64,000 bases of DNA, from the sequence record PP301343.1. One strand, 5' to 3'. Source of the DNA: Escherichia phage UE-M6. Positions 1 through 9,251 of the stretch are shown piece after piece; position 1 is the stretch's first letter, and each line of letters starts with the position of its first letter. The notes under the pieces are model-generated. The model saw only the letters and a list, made by a program, of their open reading frames with translations. It was not told where the DNA came from and did not search any database. A program made the translations under genes and the position numbers.

Positions 1-53
1 AGAGTTGGTTAACAGTAGCCTACGTACTACCAGGCTATTACTTATCTAGGTAT

Positions 54-82
54 AAAACCCCGCTCAGGCGGGGTTTGTTTTT
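54..82. terminator. Bidirectional rho-independent terminator hairpin
   Basis: Stem ccccgc/gcgggg with 4-nt loop, A-run upstream and T-run downstream; sits just past the 3' end of the - strand gene 101..754. Confidence 0.5.
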
Positions 83-100
83 ATCTATTAATAATATTTC

Positions 101-754
101 TTATATAGAGTTTACTGTTTGCATTGCCCTAATTGATACTGCTGTTAGGGTAATTACTTGTCCTGAGATATTAAACATACCTAACTGAATACCGTCTACC
201 ATGAAAGGGTCAGTTGAACCAAGTGTGTAAGTAGCCAGTACGTTATCTCTGTTAGCAATGTCTGTACCCTGTACTTTAACACTAGCATCTGAACCTACTA
301 TCGTAATTCCATTGGTTCGTCTTGTTTGTGTTCTCCATTCCCTTGCTGTACCTGCACCACCTGCAATAATTCCTGATATACGAACACTGAACATTACCTG
401 GGTATTCCTGGTTCTAATGGGGAACTTAAGATTTCCTTCTTCAATTGTTAGTGCTGCTGTACCTCCAGGTGATTTAGTTATCCCTGGTAATGAAAAGTAA
501 TTGAACCAGGATTGGTCATTTACTGCCTGGCTCCCGGTCCATGTATACAAGTCCAGAAGAAATGTGTCTTCTAACTCTGTTGGTGGGAAAGGTAGTAGTT
601 CTGGGGGGATCTCTGAGATGTTATTAGCAGAAACTATTCGTTCCCCATAACTTCCCACGACCAACAATCCCCCCTTCATTTTGCACACAACATCCTTACC
701 ACTTTGGAAAATATCTTTAATAGACATAGTTACCTCGCAGTTGATACCAGACAC
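101..754 (-). CDS. Hypothetical virion-associated protein (possible fibre or host-recognition protein)
   Basis: 217-aa ORF (start possibly the internal Met at codon 10), Gly/Thr/Ser-rich, followed by a terminator; no recognisable catalytic motif. Confidence 0.4.
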   Translation of the reverse strand: MSGINCEVTMSIKDIFQSGKDVVCKMKGGLLVVGSYGERIVSANNISEIPPELLPFPPTELEDTFLLDLYTWTGSQAVNDQSWFNYFSLPGITKSPGGTAALTIEEGNLKFPIRTRNTQVMFSVRISGIIAGGAGTAREWRTQTRRTNGITIVGSDASVKVQGTDIANRDNVLATYTLGSTDPFMVDGIQLGMFNISGQVITLTAVSIRAMQTVNSI

Positions 755-851
755 TATGTCTGGATGTATCCCATCATACTAAGTATTATCTAAGAGTCAT
801 CTTATGATACGACCCTATTGGGGTTCTTAACTTTACAACTACGGTAATATT

Positions 852-1181
852 ATGAATGAATCGGGCGAACTGCTTCTAGTCAGACTGGAGGAACGATTGA
901 AGACTCTGTTTGAGAATCAGACGAGAGACAGACAGGACCGTGAGAAACTGGAGGAAACTCTGGGAGAATTACGGGATTCAATCAATGACATAGGCAATAG
1001 ACTAAAAAATGTAGAGGATAGCTTAGCTAAGAATGAACCTACTATTGAAGAGTTCATCACCATTAAGCATAAAGTTGTTGGTGCTGGAATTTTTGGTAAG
1101 TGGGTATGGGCTGGAGCAGGTGCAATTATTGGTGTATTGGCTGCTGCAAGACGGGAGATATTCGCATGGTTCGCAGGCTAA
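852..1181 (+). CDS. Hypothetical coiled-coil protein with C-terminal hydrophobic segment (lysis-cassette associated)
   Basis: 109-aa ORF, charged coiled-coil-like N-terminus, C-terminal AGIFGKWVWAGAGAIIGVLAA hydrophobic stretch; immediately upstream of the putative holin and endolysin. Confidence 0.4.
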   Translation: MNESGELLLVRLEERLKTLFENQTRDRQDREKLEETLGELRDSINDIGNRLKNVEDSLAKNEPTIEEFITIKHKVVGAGIFGKWVWAGAGAIIGVLAAARREIFAWFAG

Positions 1182-1426
1182 AAAGAAAAGTAGAGTTAGT
1201 ACCTAACTGGAAAAGATGCTGGAAATGGGCATCCATTCAAATTAGTACGTTTGGTTTAATTCTATTCTCTGCTGTAGATATCATCCAACCAATGGTGACA
1301 GGATTACCTCGTCACATCTTGGAAGATATTCCCCATGGTTCCAATATTGCAATCGCACTGTTTGCCTTAAACATCATAGGCAGATTAATACGATTCCGAC
1401 CAAAGGAAGATTCACATGAAAGCTAA
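1166..1426 (+). CDS. Putative holin / pinholin (two predicted TM helices)
   Basis: 86-aa product from the internal ATG of ORF 1100..1426; two hydrophobic segments; 3' end overlaps the endolysin start. Confidence 0.4.
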   Translation: MVRRLKRKVELVPNWKRCWKWASIQISTFGLILFSAVDIIQPMVTGLPRHILEDIPHGSNIAIALFALNIIGRLIRFRPKEDSHES

Positions 1427-2051
1427 ACAGAAACTTGCTGCAAAAGGTGGTGCAGTGGGAGGGGTTATCGCTGCTATTCTGGGGGCAGTGTTCTATATGG
1501 AAGGAGGTTATGTAAACAATCCTCGTGACCCAGGTGGGGAAACTAATCATGGTATTACCCAATCAGTAGCTAAGACTCATAAAGAAGTTCTGGCTACTGA
1601 GTATGGTTGGGATGGTTCTATGAAGGGTTTATCTAAAGAGATGGCTGCTGAGATATACATTGATGACTATGTACTTAAACCTAACTTCGTAGCCTTCGCT
1701 GATATATCTCCTGCTGTAACGCATAAGCTAGTAGATGCTGGTGTTAATACTGGTGTAACCCGTCCTGCTAAGTGGTTGCAGATGTCTCTTAATGAAATGT
1801 CACGTAATGGCAAAGACTACCCTAAAATACAGGTTGATGGTAAAGTCGGTACAAGTACTGTTAATGCATATAAAGCATTACAGAAAAAACGGGGCAAAGT
1901 TGCAGCATGTCAGGTAATGATTAAGCTGCTTGATGCTAAACAACTGAACCACTATACCTCATTAAACATGCCAGACTTTACGTATGGTTGGGTAGCTAAC
2001 CGAATAGGCAATGTGCCACTGGAGGCATGTAATGAAGATGCTAATCTCTAA
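1416..2051 (+). CDS. Endolysin, GH108-type N-acetylmuramidase with possible N-terminal SAR segment and C-terminal peptidoglycan-binding region
   Basis: Motif EGGYVNNPRDPGGETNHGIT resembles the GH108 signature; a Gly/Ala-rich weakly hydrophobic N-terminus (AVGGVIAAILGAVF) precedes it; position matches the N4 gp61 slot. Confidence 0.75.
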   Translation: MKAKQKLAAKGGAVGGVIAAILGAVFYMEGGYVNNPRDPGGETNHGITQSVAKTHKEVLATEYGWDGSMKGLSKEMAAEIYIDDYVLKPNFVAFADISPAVTHKLVDAGVNTGVTRPAKWLQMSLNEMSRNGKDYPKIQVDGKVGTSTVNAYKALQKKRGKVAACQVMIKLLDAKQLNHYTSLNMPDFTYGWVANRIGNVPLEACNEDANL

Positions 2052-2538
2052 AGGTTGGCCTTATCTTCTGGTGGTGGTCCTTGGGGCCACCATTTACTTT
2101 TGGGGCAATTCCAATGGGCAGTCTACTGTTCAAAAGAAATGGGATGCCCAAAAGGTCGAAGACCAAAAGGCAACGCAAAAATTACAGGACAAATACAATG
2201 CTCTCCAAAGAAACCATAGTTATGAAGTCGGGTTACTCACTTCCCGGTTGCAGACGGCTGAGAGTAATTACGCAAGCGAGCTTGCTCGCGTTAGCAGTGA
2301 TTACGACAGCCGGATGCAACAGTCTGAAAGACGAGCATCGGTATATAAACGTCAAGCCGAAGCCGGAACCCTTGAGTGCAGAAGTCTTGCAAGCCATGCA
2401 GCCAGACTCGACAATAGTCTTGAAGAAGGCAGACGTTTGGTTGAAGAACTCCGGGCAACTGTTAGACTCCGTGACAGCCAACTAATTGAGTTGGGTAAAC
2501 AGATTCAGGCTGACCGTAAACTTTTTGAACAGGAATAA
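2032..2538 (+). CDS. i-spanin (Rz-like)
   Basis: N-terminal TM helix ([16 protein letters not shown]) followed by a long charged coiled-coil region; GGAGG RBS 6-7 nt before the ATG at 2032; directly downstream of the endolysin. Confidence 0.6.
   Translation: MKMLISKGWPYLLVVVLGATIYFWGNSNGQSTVQKKWDAQKVEDQKATQKLQDKYNALQRNHSYEVGLLTSRLQTAESNYASELARVSSDYDSRMQQSERRASVYKRQAEAGTLECRSLASHAARLDNSLEEGRRLVEELRATVRLRDSQLIELGKQIQADRKLFEQE
2222..2485 (+). CDS. o-spanin (Rz1-like lipoprotein) embedded in the i-spanin gene in the +1 frame
   Basis: Signal peptide ending in a lipobox-like LAVITTAGC; lies entirely inside the i-spanin ORF; alternative start at 2198 has an AGGA RBS. Confidence 0.5.
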   Translation: MKSGYSLPGCRRLRVITQASLLALAVITTAGCNSLKDEHRYINVKPKPEPLSAEVLQAMQPDSTIVLKKADVWLKNSGQLLDSVTAN

Positions 2539-2540
2539 CT

Positions 2541-4811
2541 ATGGAACACCAAGACACTTTTAAGCCTTTACCAGACCCGGCTCAATCAGAGAAGTTAACG
2601 GACTGGAAGAAGGAACCAAGTATCCAATTACTGAAGGGTGATTTGGAATCTGCTAAACCTGCTCACGATGCAATCATGGCACAGATTCGTGAGTGGAATG
2701 ATTTAATGGAAGTAAAGGGTAAGGCTAAACCCCCAAAGGTTAAGGGACGCTCGCAAGTCCAGCCTAGACTGGTTCGCCGTCAGGCAGAGTGGCGTTATGC
2801 TCCATTGTCTGAACCATTCCTCTCGTCTAACAAACTATTTAAGGTAACTCCGGTTACTTTTGAAGATGAGTTAGCTGCACGCCAGAATGAGCTAGTTCTT
2901 AACTACCAATTCCGTACTCAGCTTAATAAAGTAAAACTGGTAGATGATTACGTGCATAGTGTCGTAGATGACGGTACTGGTATTGCTCGTATCGGTTGGG
3001 AACGTAAGACTATTAAGATTAAAACAGAAACTCCAGTCTTCCAGTTGTATCCAATTGAGAACCAGGAACAAGCAGATGTTCTCCAACAGGCTTTGCAGCT
3101 TCAGGCAGAGAATCCCCGTGAGTATGACGAAACAATGCCAGAAGATATCAAAGAAGCTGTTAACTACTTCAATGAAACTGGAGAAGCTACTTATGCAATT
3201 CAGACAGGGGTCACTGAAGTAGAAGTAGAAAAAGCACTGGTTAACAGACCTACCGTTGAAATGCTTAATCCTAATAACGTAGTTATTGACCCGAGCTGCA
3301 ATGGTGATTTGGATAAGGCTCTGTATGCAGTCATTTCCTTTGAGACTTGCAAAGCAGACCTTATGAAAAACAAAGACCGTTATCACAACCTAGATAAAAT
3401 TGACTGGGAGAGTTCCAGCCCCATTACTGACCCAGACCATGAAAGTAAAACCCCTAGCGATTTCCAGTTTAAGGATGCACTTCGTAAGAAGGTAGTTGCT
3501 TATGAGTACTGGGGATTCTACGACATCAATGATGATGGTTCACTGGAACCAATTGTTGCTACCTGGATTGGTTCTACTCTTATTCGTATGGAGAAGAACC
3601 CATTCCCAGATGGTAAGTTACCATTGGTAGTTGTTCCTTATATGCCTCGTAAACGTGAACTCTATGGTGAAGCTGATGCTGAATTGCTAGGAGATAACCA
3701 AGCAATTCTTGGTGCAACCATGCGTGGGATGATTGACCTGTTGGGCCGAAGTGCAAATGGTCAACGTGGTTATCCTAAAGGGATGTTAGATACCCTGAAC
3801 CGTCGTCGATACGATGATGGACAAGACTACGAATATAACCCAATGCAGGGCAATCCTAGTCAGGCCATTATGGAACACAAGTTCCCTGAGTTACCCCAGT
3901 CGGCAATAGTAATGACTCAGATGCAAAACCAGGAAGCAGAAGCACTAACGGGTGTTAAAGCATTCTCGGGTGGTGTAACTGGTGAAGCTTACGGAGATGT
4001 AGCTGCTGGTATTCGTGGTGTACTAGATGCAGCATCCAAACGTGAGATGGCAATCCTTCGTCGATTAGCTAAGGGTATGGCAGACATTGGTACTAAGATT
4101 TGTGCAATGAATGCTGTGTTCTTATCTGAGAAAGAAGTAGTACGTATTACTAACGAGCAGTACGTAGAGATTAACCGTGAAGACCTTAAAGGTAACTTCG
4201 ACATTGAGGTTGATATTAACACTGCTGAAATTGATAACCAGAAGTCCCAGGATTTGGGCTTCATGGTTCAAACACTAGGCAACACAGTTGACCAGTCTAT
4301 TACGTTATCTCTTGTAGCTAAGATTGCAGAACTTAAACGTATGCCAGACCTTGCTCATGAGTTACGTACATGGCAACCACAACCAGACCCTATGGAAGAA
4401 CAGCTTAAGCAATTGGCAATTCAGAAAGCACAGCTTGAGAACGAAGAGCTGCAAAGTAAGATTGCACTCAATATGGCTAAGGCTAAAGAGGCTGCTTCTA
4501 GTGGTGACCTTAAAGATCTGGATTATCTGGAACAGGAATCTGGTACTAAACATGCTCGTGACATGGAAAAACAAAAAGCACAATCTCAAGGAAACCAGAA
4601 CCTTCAGATAACTAAGGCGTTGACAACACCTACTAAAGAAGGTGAAACTACCCCCAACATATCTGCTGCTGTTGGATATAACGCTTTGACTAATGGGAAC
4701 TCTATACCAGAACGTGACTTAGCTGCACAACAAGACCCAGCTTATTCACTTAGTTCCCAATTCTATGACCCTAGCCAAGACCCAGCATCGGCTCTTGGCA
4801 TGAACTTGTAA
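2541..4811 (+). CDS. Portal protein (N4 gp59-like)
   Basis: 756-aa ORF, size and position upstream of scaffold and capsid genes; strong coding signal. Confidence 0.8.
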   Translation: MEHQDTFKPLPDPAQSEKLTDWKKEPSIQLLKGDLESAKPAHDAIMAQIREWNDLMEVKGKAKPPKVKGRSQVQPRLVRRQAEWRYAPLSEPFLSSNKLFKVTPVTFEDELAARQNELVLNYQFRTQLNKVKLVDDYVHSVVDDGTGIARIGWERKTIKIKTETPVFQLYPIENQEQADVLQQALQLQAENPREYDETMPEDIKEAVNYFNETGEATYAIQTGVTEVEVEKALVNRPTVEMLNPNNVVIDPSCNGDLDKALYAVISFETCKADLMKNKDRYHNLDKIDWESSSPITDPDHESKTPSDFQFKDALRKKVVAYEYWGFYDINDDGSLEPIVATWIGSTLIRMEKNPFPDGKLPLVVVPYMPRKRELYGEADAELLGDNQAILGATMRGMIDLLGRSANGQRGYPKGMLDTLNRRRYDDGQDYEYNPMQGNPSQAIMEHKFPELPQSAIVMTQMQNQEAEALTGVKAFSGGVTGEAYGDVAAGIRGVLDAASKREMAILRRLAKGMADIGTKICAMNAVFLSEKEVVRITNEQYVEINREDLKGNFDIEVDINTAEIDNQKSQDLGFMVQTLGNTVDQSITLSLVAKIAELKRMPDLAHELRTWQPQPDPMEEQLKQLAIQKAQLENEELQSKIALNMAKAKEAASSGDLKDLDYLEQESGTKHARDMEKQKAQSQGNQNLQITKALTTPTKEGETTPNISAAVGYNALTNGNSIPERDLAAQQDPAYSLSSQFYDPSQDPASALGMNL

Positions 4812-4824
4812 GGCAGACCTTCAC

Positions 4825-5169
4825 ATGAGTAAAGAATCAACAATCGCAGGACTGGAACATCGACTGGAAGCTGCTAAAGGTGCAGTTGCACACGCAGAAG
4901 ATGTACGTAAACTTTTGGAGTATCCACTGTTCCGTAAAGTAATTCTTCGTCAGTTCTGTGTGGAAGATTGTGCACGTTACGTGCAGGAGTCTGGTGACCC
5001 ACTGCTTGAACCTAATAACCGTGCAGATGCATTGAACATGGCTCAAGCTGCTGGTCACTTACGTCGTTGGCTCGACCTCGCCATTCGTATGGGCGAAAAC
5101 GAAGCTGACGTTATTCTTCAGGTAGAAGAAGAACTCGATGCAGTTCGTGCTGAACCTGAAGATGAATAA
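4825..5169 (+). CDS. Hypothetical head-module protein
   Basis: 114-aa ORF between portal and putative scaffold, tightly packed. Confidence 0.5.
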   Translation: MSKESTIAGLEHRLEAAKGAVAHAEDVRKLLEYPLFRKVILRQFCVEDCARYVQESGDPLLEPNNRADALNMAQAAGHLRRWLDLAIRMGENEADVILQVEEELDAVRAEPEDE

Positions 5170-5188
5170 TTAACCGGAGATATTTCCT

Positions 5189-6409
5189 ATGACTACGGAA
5201 GCTGCAACCACAGCTTCCGACATTCTCGCAATGTCGGATGATGAGATTCTGAATATGGAAGCCCCAGCAGTTATCGCTGAGGAAGATACTTCCACTCAGA
5301 ACAACCCAGAAACCAACGGCGTACAGACTCCTGATGAAGAAGTTGACACCTCTGCTGTTGAAGACCTACCAACCGAAGAAACCTCCCCTGAAACCGAACC
5401 AGTTGAAGAAGATGCAGCAAATTCTTTAACTTCTGATAAAGTTGATGATAAAGTTGTTGACACAGAAGTTGATAGTAACGGTAAGCCGATTACTAAAGCT
5501 GAACCTTCTACTGCTGAACCCGGCCAGGAACAGAAAGAAGAAGGCAAACAGTCTGAAGGTCTGCCTGCTGACTTCAACTATAAGGAAGGTTACGAGAAGT
5601 TGATGGCTCCTTTTAAAGCTAACGGCAAAATGATTACTCCCCGTTCACCGGAGGAGGCCATTAGCCTGATGCAGATGGGTGCTAACTATACTCGTAAGAT
5701 GCAAGAACTTCAGCCGTACCGTAAGGTAATGCTGATGTTACAGAACAACGGTTTAATGGATGAGGACAAACTCTCTTTCCTGATTGACCTGGATAAGAAG
5801 AATCCTGAGGCCATTAAGAAGTTGCTCAAAGACTCTGGTACAGACCCTCTGGACTTTAACCCAGATGAGGAAATTAACTACCAGGGTGGCAATCACCGTG
5901 TTACCGACACCGAAGCAGATTTTGCAACCGAAATTGACGACTTAAAGTCTACTCAAGAAGGACAAGCTACATTAGGTGTTATTGGCTCGACATGGGATGC
6001 TGCCAGTAAAGATGCTCTTTATCAGAATCGTGGCTTACTCCATACGATTCACGAACAGCGTGAGAATGGTATTTATGACACCATTGCTAACGAAGTGAAT
6101 CGTCTTCAGATGTTAGGTCAGATTCCGGTAGGTACTCCGTTCATTCAGGCTTATAACTACGTTGGCAACCTCCTTGCACAACAGGGAGCATTTAACCAAG
6201 TAGCTAAGCCTGAGCCGGTACAAGCAGTTAAACCAGCAGTTCAGCCGGTAGTGCGTGTAGCACAACCTAAGCAGACTCTGGCTAACAGTGAGCAAGCTAA
6301 AGCAGCTTCCCTTAATCGGGCTGCTACACGCAAAGCAACACCTATTGTAAACCCACTCGCTATGAGTGATGAAGATTTCGCTAAACTCCCAGTACCGGGT
6401 AGTCTTTAA
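5189..6409 (+). CDS. Putative scaffolding protein
   Basis: 406 aa, very acidic low-complexity N-terminus, helical charged remainder; immediately upstream of the major capsid gene. Confidence 0.45.
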   Translation: MTTEAATTASDILAMSDDEILNMEAPAVIAEEDTSTQNNPETNGVQTPDEEVDTSAVEDLPTEETSPETEPVEEDAANSLTSDKVDDKVVDTEVDSNGKPITKAEPSTAEPGQEQKEEGKQSEGLPADFNYKEGYEKLMAPFKANGKMITPRSPEEAISLMQMGANYTRKMQELQPYRKVMLMLQNNGLMDEDKLSFLIDLDKKNPEAIKKLLKDSGTDPLDFNPDEEINYQGGNHRVTDTEADFATEIDDLKSTQEGQATLGVIGSTWDAASKDALYQNRGLLHTIHEQRENGIYDTIANEVNRLQMLGQIPVGTPFIQAYNYVGNLLAQQGAFNQVAKPEPVQAVKPAVQPVVRVAQPKQTLANSEQAKAASLNRAATRKATPIVNPLAMSDEDFAKLPVPGSL

Positions 6410-6425
6410 ACAGGAATAATACGAT

Positions 6426-7628
6426 ATGTTAAACTATAACGCTCCAATTGACGGTCAGAAATCTAGCATTGATGGTGCTGGTTCCGATCAGATGAATACC
6501 TTTTACTGGCTGAAGAAAGCTATTATTCAGTCTCGTAAAGACCAGTACTTCATGCCACTGGCTAACACCATTAACATGCCTAAGAACTATGGTAAGACTG
6601 TTAAGGTGTATGAGTACGTTCCACTGCTCGACGATAAGAACATTAACGACCAGGGCATTGATGCTAATGGTGCTACCATCGTTAATGGTAACCTGTATGG
6701 TTCTTCTAAAGACGTAGGTAACATCACTTCCAAACTGCCTCTGCTGACAGAGAATGGTGGTCGTGTTAACCGTGTAGGCTTTACCCGTCTGTCTCGTGAA
6801 GGCTCCATCCATAAGTTCGGTTTCTTCTACGAATTTACCCAAGAGTCCCTGGACTTTGATTCTGATGATCAACTGAAAGAACACCTGTCTCGCGAACTGA
6901 TGAACGGTGCTGTACAGTTGACTGAAGCTGTTCTCCAGAAAGACCTGCTTGCTGCTGCTGGTACTGTATTGTATGCAGGTGCTGCTACTTCTGATGCTAC
7001 CATCACCGGTGAAGGTTCTACTCCGTCTGTAGTTTCTTATAAGAACCTGATGCGTCTTGACCAGATTCTTACTGAGAACCGTACCCCGACTCAGACTACT
7101 ATTATCACTGGTTCTAAACTGACTGATACCAAAGTACTTGGTGGTACTCGTGTAATGTACGTTGGTTCTGAATTGGTTCCAGAACTGAAAGCGATGAAAG
7201 ATCTGTTCGGTAACAAAGCATTCATCGAAATTCAGCACTATGCTGATGCCGGTACTCTGATGAATGGTGAAGTTGGTTGTATCGACAAGTTCCGTATTAT
7301 CCAGGTTCCTGAGATGCTGCATTGGGCAGGTGCTGGTGCTCAGGCTACTTCTAACCCAGGCTATCGTTCTACTATGGTTGGTGGTCAGGAACACTACGAC
7401 GTATTCCCGATGCTGGTAGTTGGTGATGACTCCTTCTCTACCATTGGCTTCCAGACTGATGGTAAGTCTGTTAAGTTCTCCATCATGACTAAGATGCCTG
7501 GTAAAGAAACTGCTGACCGTAATGACCCGTATGGTGAAACTGGCTTCAGTTCTATCAAGTGGTACTACGGTATCCTGGTTAAACGCCCAGAACGTCTGGC
7601 TATGATTAAGACTGTTGCTCCTCTGTAA
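6426..7628 (+). CDS. Major capsid protein (N4 gp56-like)
   Basis: 400 aa, strongly biased codon usage typical of highly expressed genes (it creates a full-length antisense ORF artefact); followed by a stem-loop. Confidence 0.8.
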   Translation: MLNYNAPIDGQKSSIDGAGSDQMNTFYWLKKAIIQSRKDQYFMPLANTINMPKNYGKTVKVYEYVPLLDDKNINDQGIDANGATIVNGNLYGSSKDVGNITSKLPLLTENGGRVNRVGFTRLSREGSIHKFGFFYEFTQESLDFDSDDQLKEHLSRELMNGAVQLTEAVLQKDLLAAAGTVLYAGAATSDATITGEGSTPSVVSYKNLMRLDQILTENRTPTQTTIITGSKLTDTKVLGGTRVMYVGSELVPELKAMKDLFGNKAFIEIQHYADAGTLMNGEVGCIDKFRIIQVPEMLHWAGAGAQATSNPGYRSTMVGGQEHYDVFPMLVVGDDSFSTIGFQTDGKSVKFSIMTKMPGKETADRNDPYGETGFSSIKWYYGILVKRPERLAMIKTVAPL

Positions 7629-7646
7629 TAGTCCGAAATAAAACAA

Positions 7647-7664
7647 GGGGGACTAATGTCCCCC
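7647..7664 (+). terminator. Stem-loop / weak terminator after the capsid gene
   Basis: gggggac-taat-gtccccc hairpin followed by a T-poor tail. Confidence 0.4.
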
Positions 7665-7695
7665 TCTTAATAAAACTGAATGAACCACAGGAAAT

Positions 7696-8337
7696 ATGAA
7701 CATGAGCATTAACGATAAACCGACCACTGACGTAGAAGTGAACGTACAGGGCAACGAAGATACCGTTAACGATATTGCAATGCCTAGCGAACTTGAAGTT
7801 CTTAAGCAACGTGCAACGTTGATGAATATCAAGTTCTCTAACAACATTTCCGTTGAAAAGCTTCGTGAGAAGATTGAAGCTGCACAAGTAAAAGATGAAC
7901 CAGTATTAGAAGAAGCTGCCGTTAATCCGCTGGGTGAAAAACAGGAAGCTGGTGTTAAGAAGATGACTCTTGGTCAAAAGATTCGTGCAGAACAGACTCG
8001 ACTGATTCGTGTACGTATCCAGAACCTTGACCCTAAGAAGAAAGACCTGCCAGGTGAGATTATCACCGTAGCTAACGAATATATGGGTACTGTGCGTAAG
8101 TTTGTTCCATTCGGTGAAGTAACCGACAATGGTTATCACATTCCGTATTGTATCTACGAGTTCCTTAAAGAGCGTAAGTTCATCAACATTACGACCCGTA
8201 AAGGTAAGAATGGCTTACCGGATATTCGTGCAACTGAAGCACGAGAGTTCTCCATTGAGGTACTGCCTCCGTTGACTGAAGCTGAATTAGCTCAACTAGC
8301 TCAGGCACAGATTGCTGCTGGTAGCCTGAACGATTAA
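7696..8337 (+). CDS. Virion structural protein (N4 gp55-like position)
   Basis: 213-aa ORF in the structural operon. Confidence 0.5.
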   Translation: MNMSINDKPTTDVEVNVQGNEDTVNDIAMPSELEVLKQRATLMNIKFSNNISVEKLREKIEAAQVKDEPVLEEAAVNPLGEKQEAGVKKMTLGQKIRAEQTRLIRVRIQNLDPKKKDLPGEIITVANEYMGTVRKFVPFGEVTDNGYHIPYCIYEFLKERKFINITTRKGKNGLPDIRATEAREFSIEVLPPLTEAELAQLAQAQIAAGSLND

Positions 8338-8356
8338 CGTATAAGCTACAGTTCAA

Positions 8357-8396
8357 CACGGCTCACTGGGGTAACTCCGTGGGCCGTTTCTTTTTG
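8357..8396 (+). terminator. Putative rho-independent terminator
   Basis: Imperfect 9-bp stem acggctcac/gtgggccgt followed by ttctttttg. Confidence 0.45.
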
Positions 8397-8407
8397 AACC
8401 AAGAGGA

Positions 8408-9250
8408 ATGATTATGTCTTGTTCTGCTGAGGTAGAAGCTAACCGACTCCTAGAAGAGTTAACTAAGGGTGATGACTTTACCCTTCCTGATGTTGATATG
8501 ACTGGCCCCGAATGGGATATCCCTGGTGGGGATGCTTCCCCAATCTTTGGTGCTATTGATAAAATATCCAATGAATCACTCACTACCCGTGAAGTTGGTG
8601 GTAGTGGTACGTTTGATGCATTAATGGAATCTGCACACAATCATCTGAAAGCTGAGTTTAAAGCTAACCGTATTACCGGTGGTGAATATACCAAAGCATA
8701 CATTGCTATGATGGAATCTTGCATGAGCAATGCTGTTCAGTTCTTACTTGGTCGTGACCAGGCATACTGGGCTGCTGCTATGGCACAGATTCAGGCAGTT
8801 ACTGCTCGTGTTCAACTGGCAACGTCTAAAGCACAGTTTGTGCTGGCTAAGATTCAGGCACTGTCTGCTAAGAGTGAGTATGCTCTTACTAAGATGAAGA
8901 TTGCTACTGAGTCTGAAACATACTGTGCTGCATTGTTTAATGTTAGTCAGATGTTACCTCAACAGCTTAAATTGCTTACTGAGCAGACTGAAGCACAACG
9001 TGCACAGACACTAGATACCCGTAGTGATGGAGCTACTGTTACTGGTTCTGTAGGTAAACAGAAAGAGTTGTACTCACAACAGATTACTTCTTATCAACGT
9101 GATGCAGAGGTTAAAGCATCTAAGCTGTTTACTGATGCATGGATTACTCAGAAGACTATTGATGAAGGCTTGAATCCACCAAATGGTTTCACTAACGCAA
9201 GTATTGACACCATTCTGACCAAGCTGAAGTCTAACAACGGGCTGAACTAA
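8408..9250 (+). CDS. Virion structural protein (N4 gp54-like position)
   Basis: 280-aa ORF, helical and Ala-rich, in the structural operon. Confidence 0.5.
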   Translation: MIMSCSAEVEANRLLEELTKGDDFTLPDVDMTGPEWDIPGGDASPIFGAIDKISNESLTTREVGGSGTFDALMESAHNHLKAEFKANRITGGEYTKAYIAMMESCMSNAVQFLLGRDQAYWAAAMAQIQAVTARVQLATSKAQFVLAKIQALSAKSEYALTKMKIATESETYCAALFNVSQMLPQQLKLLTEQTEAQRAQTLDTRSDGATVTGSVGKQKELYSQQITSYQRDAEVKASKLFTDAWITQKTIDEGLNPPNGFTNASIDTILTKLKSNNGLN

Positions 9251-9251
9251 T

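Noticed and set aside
2892-3386. 164-aa - strand ORF inside the portal gene
   Set aside because: Antisense to a well-supported portal ORF; AT-rich low-complexity translation.
6429-7646. 405-aa ORF on the - strand exactly antisense to the major capsid gene
   Set aside because: It mirrors the capsid gene end to end; the absence of stops is what strong codon bias in the sense gene produces. No RBS, and it runs against the operon direction.
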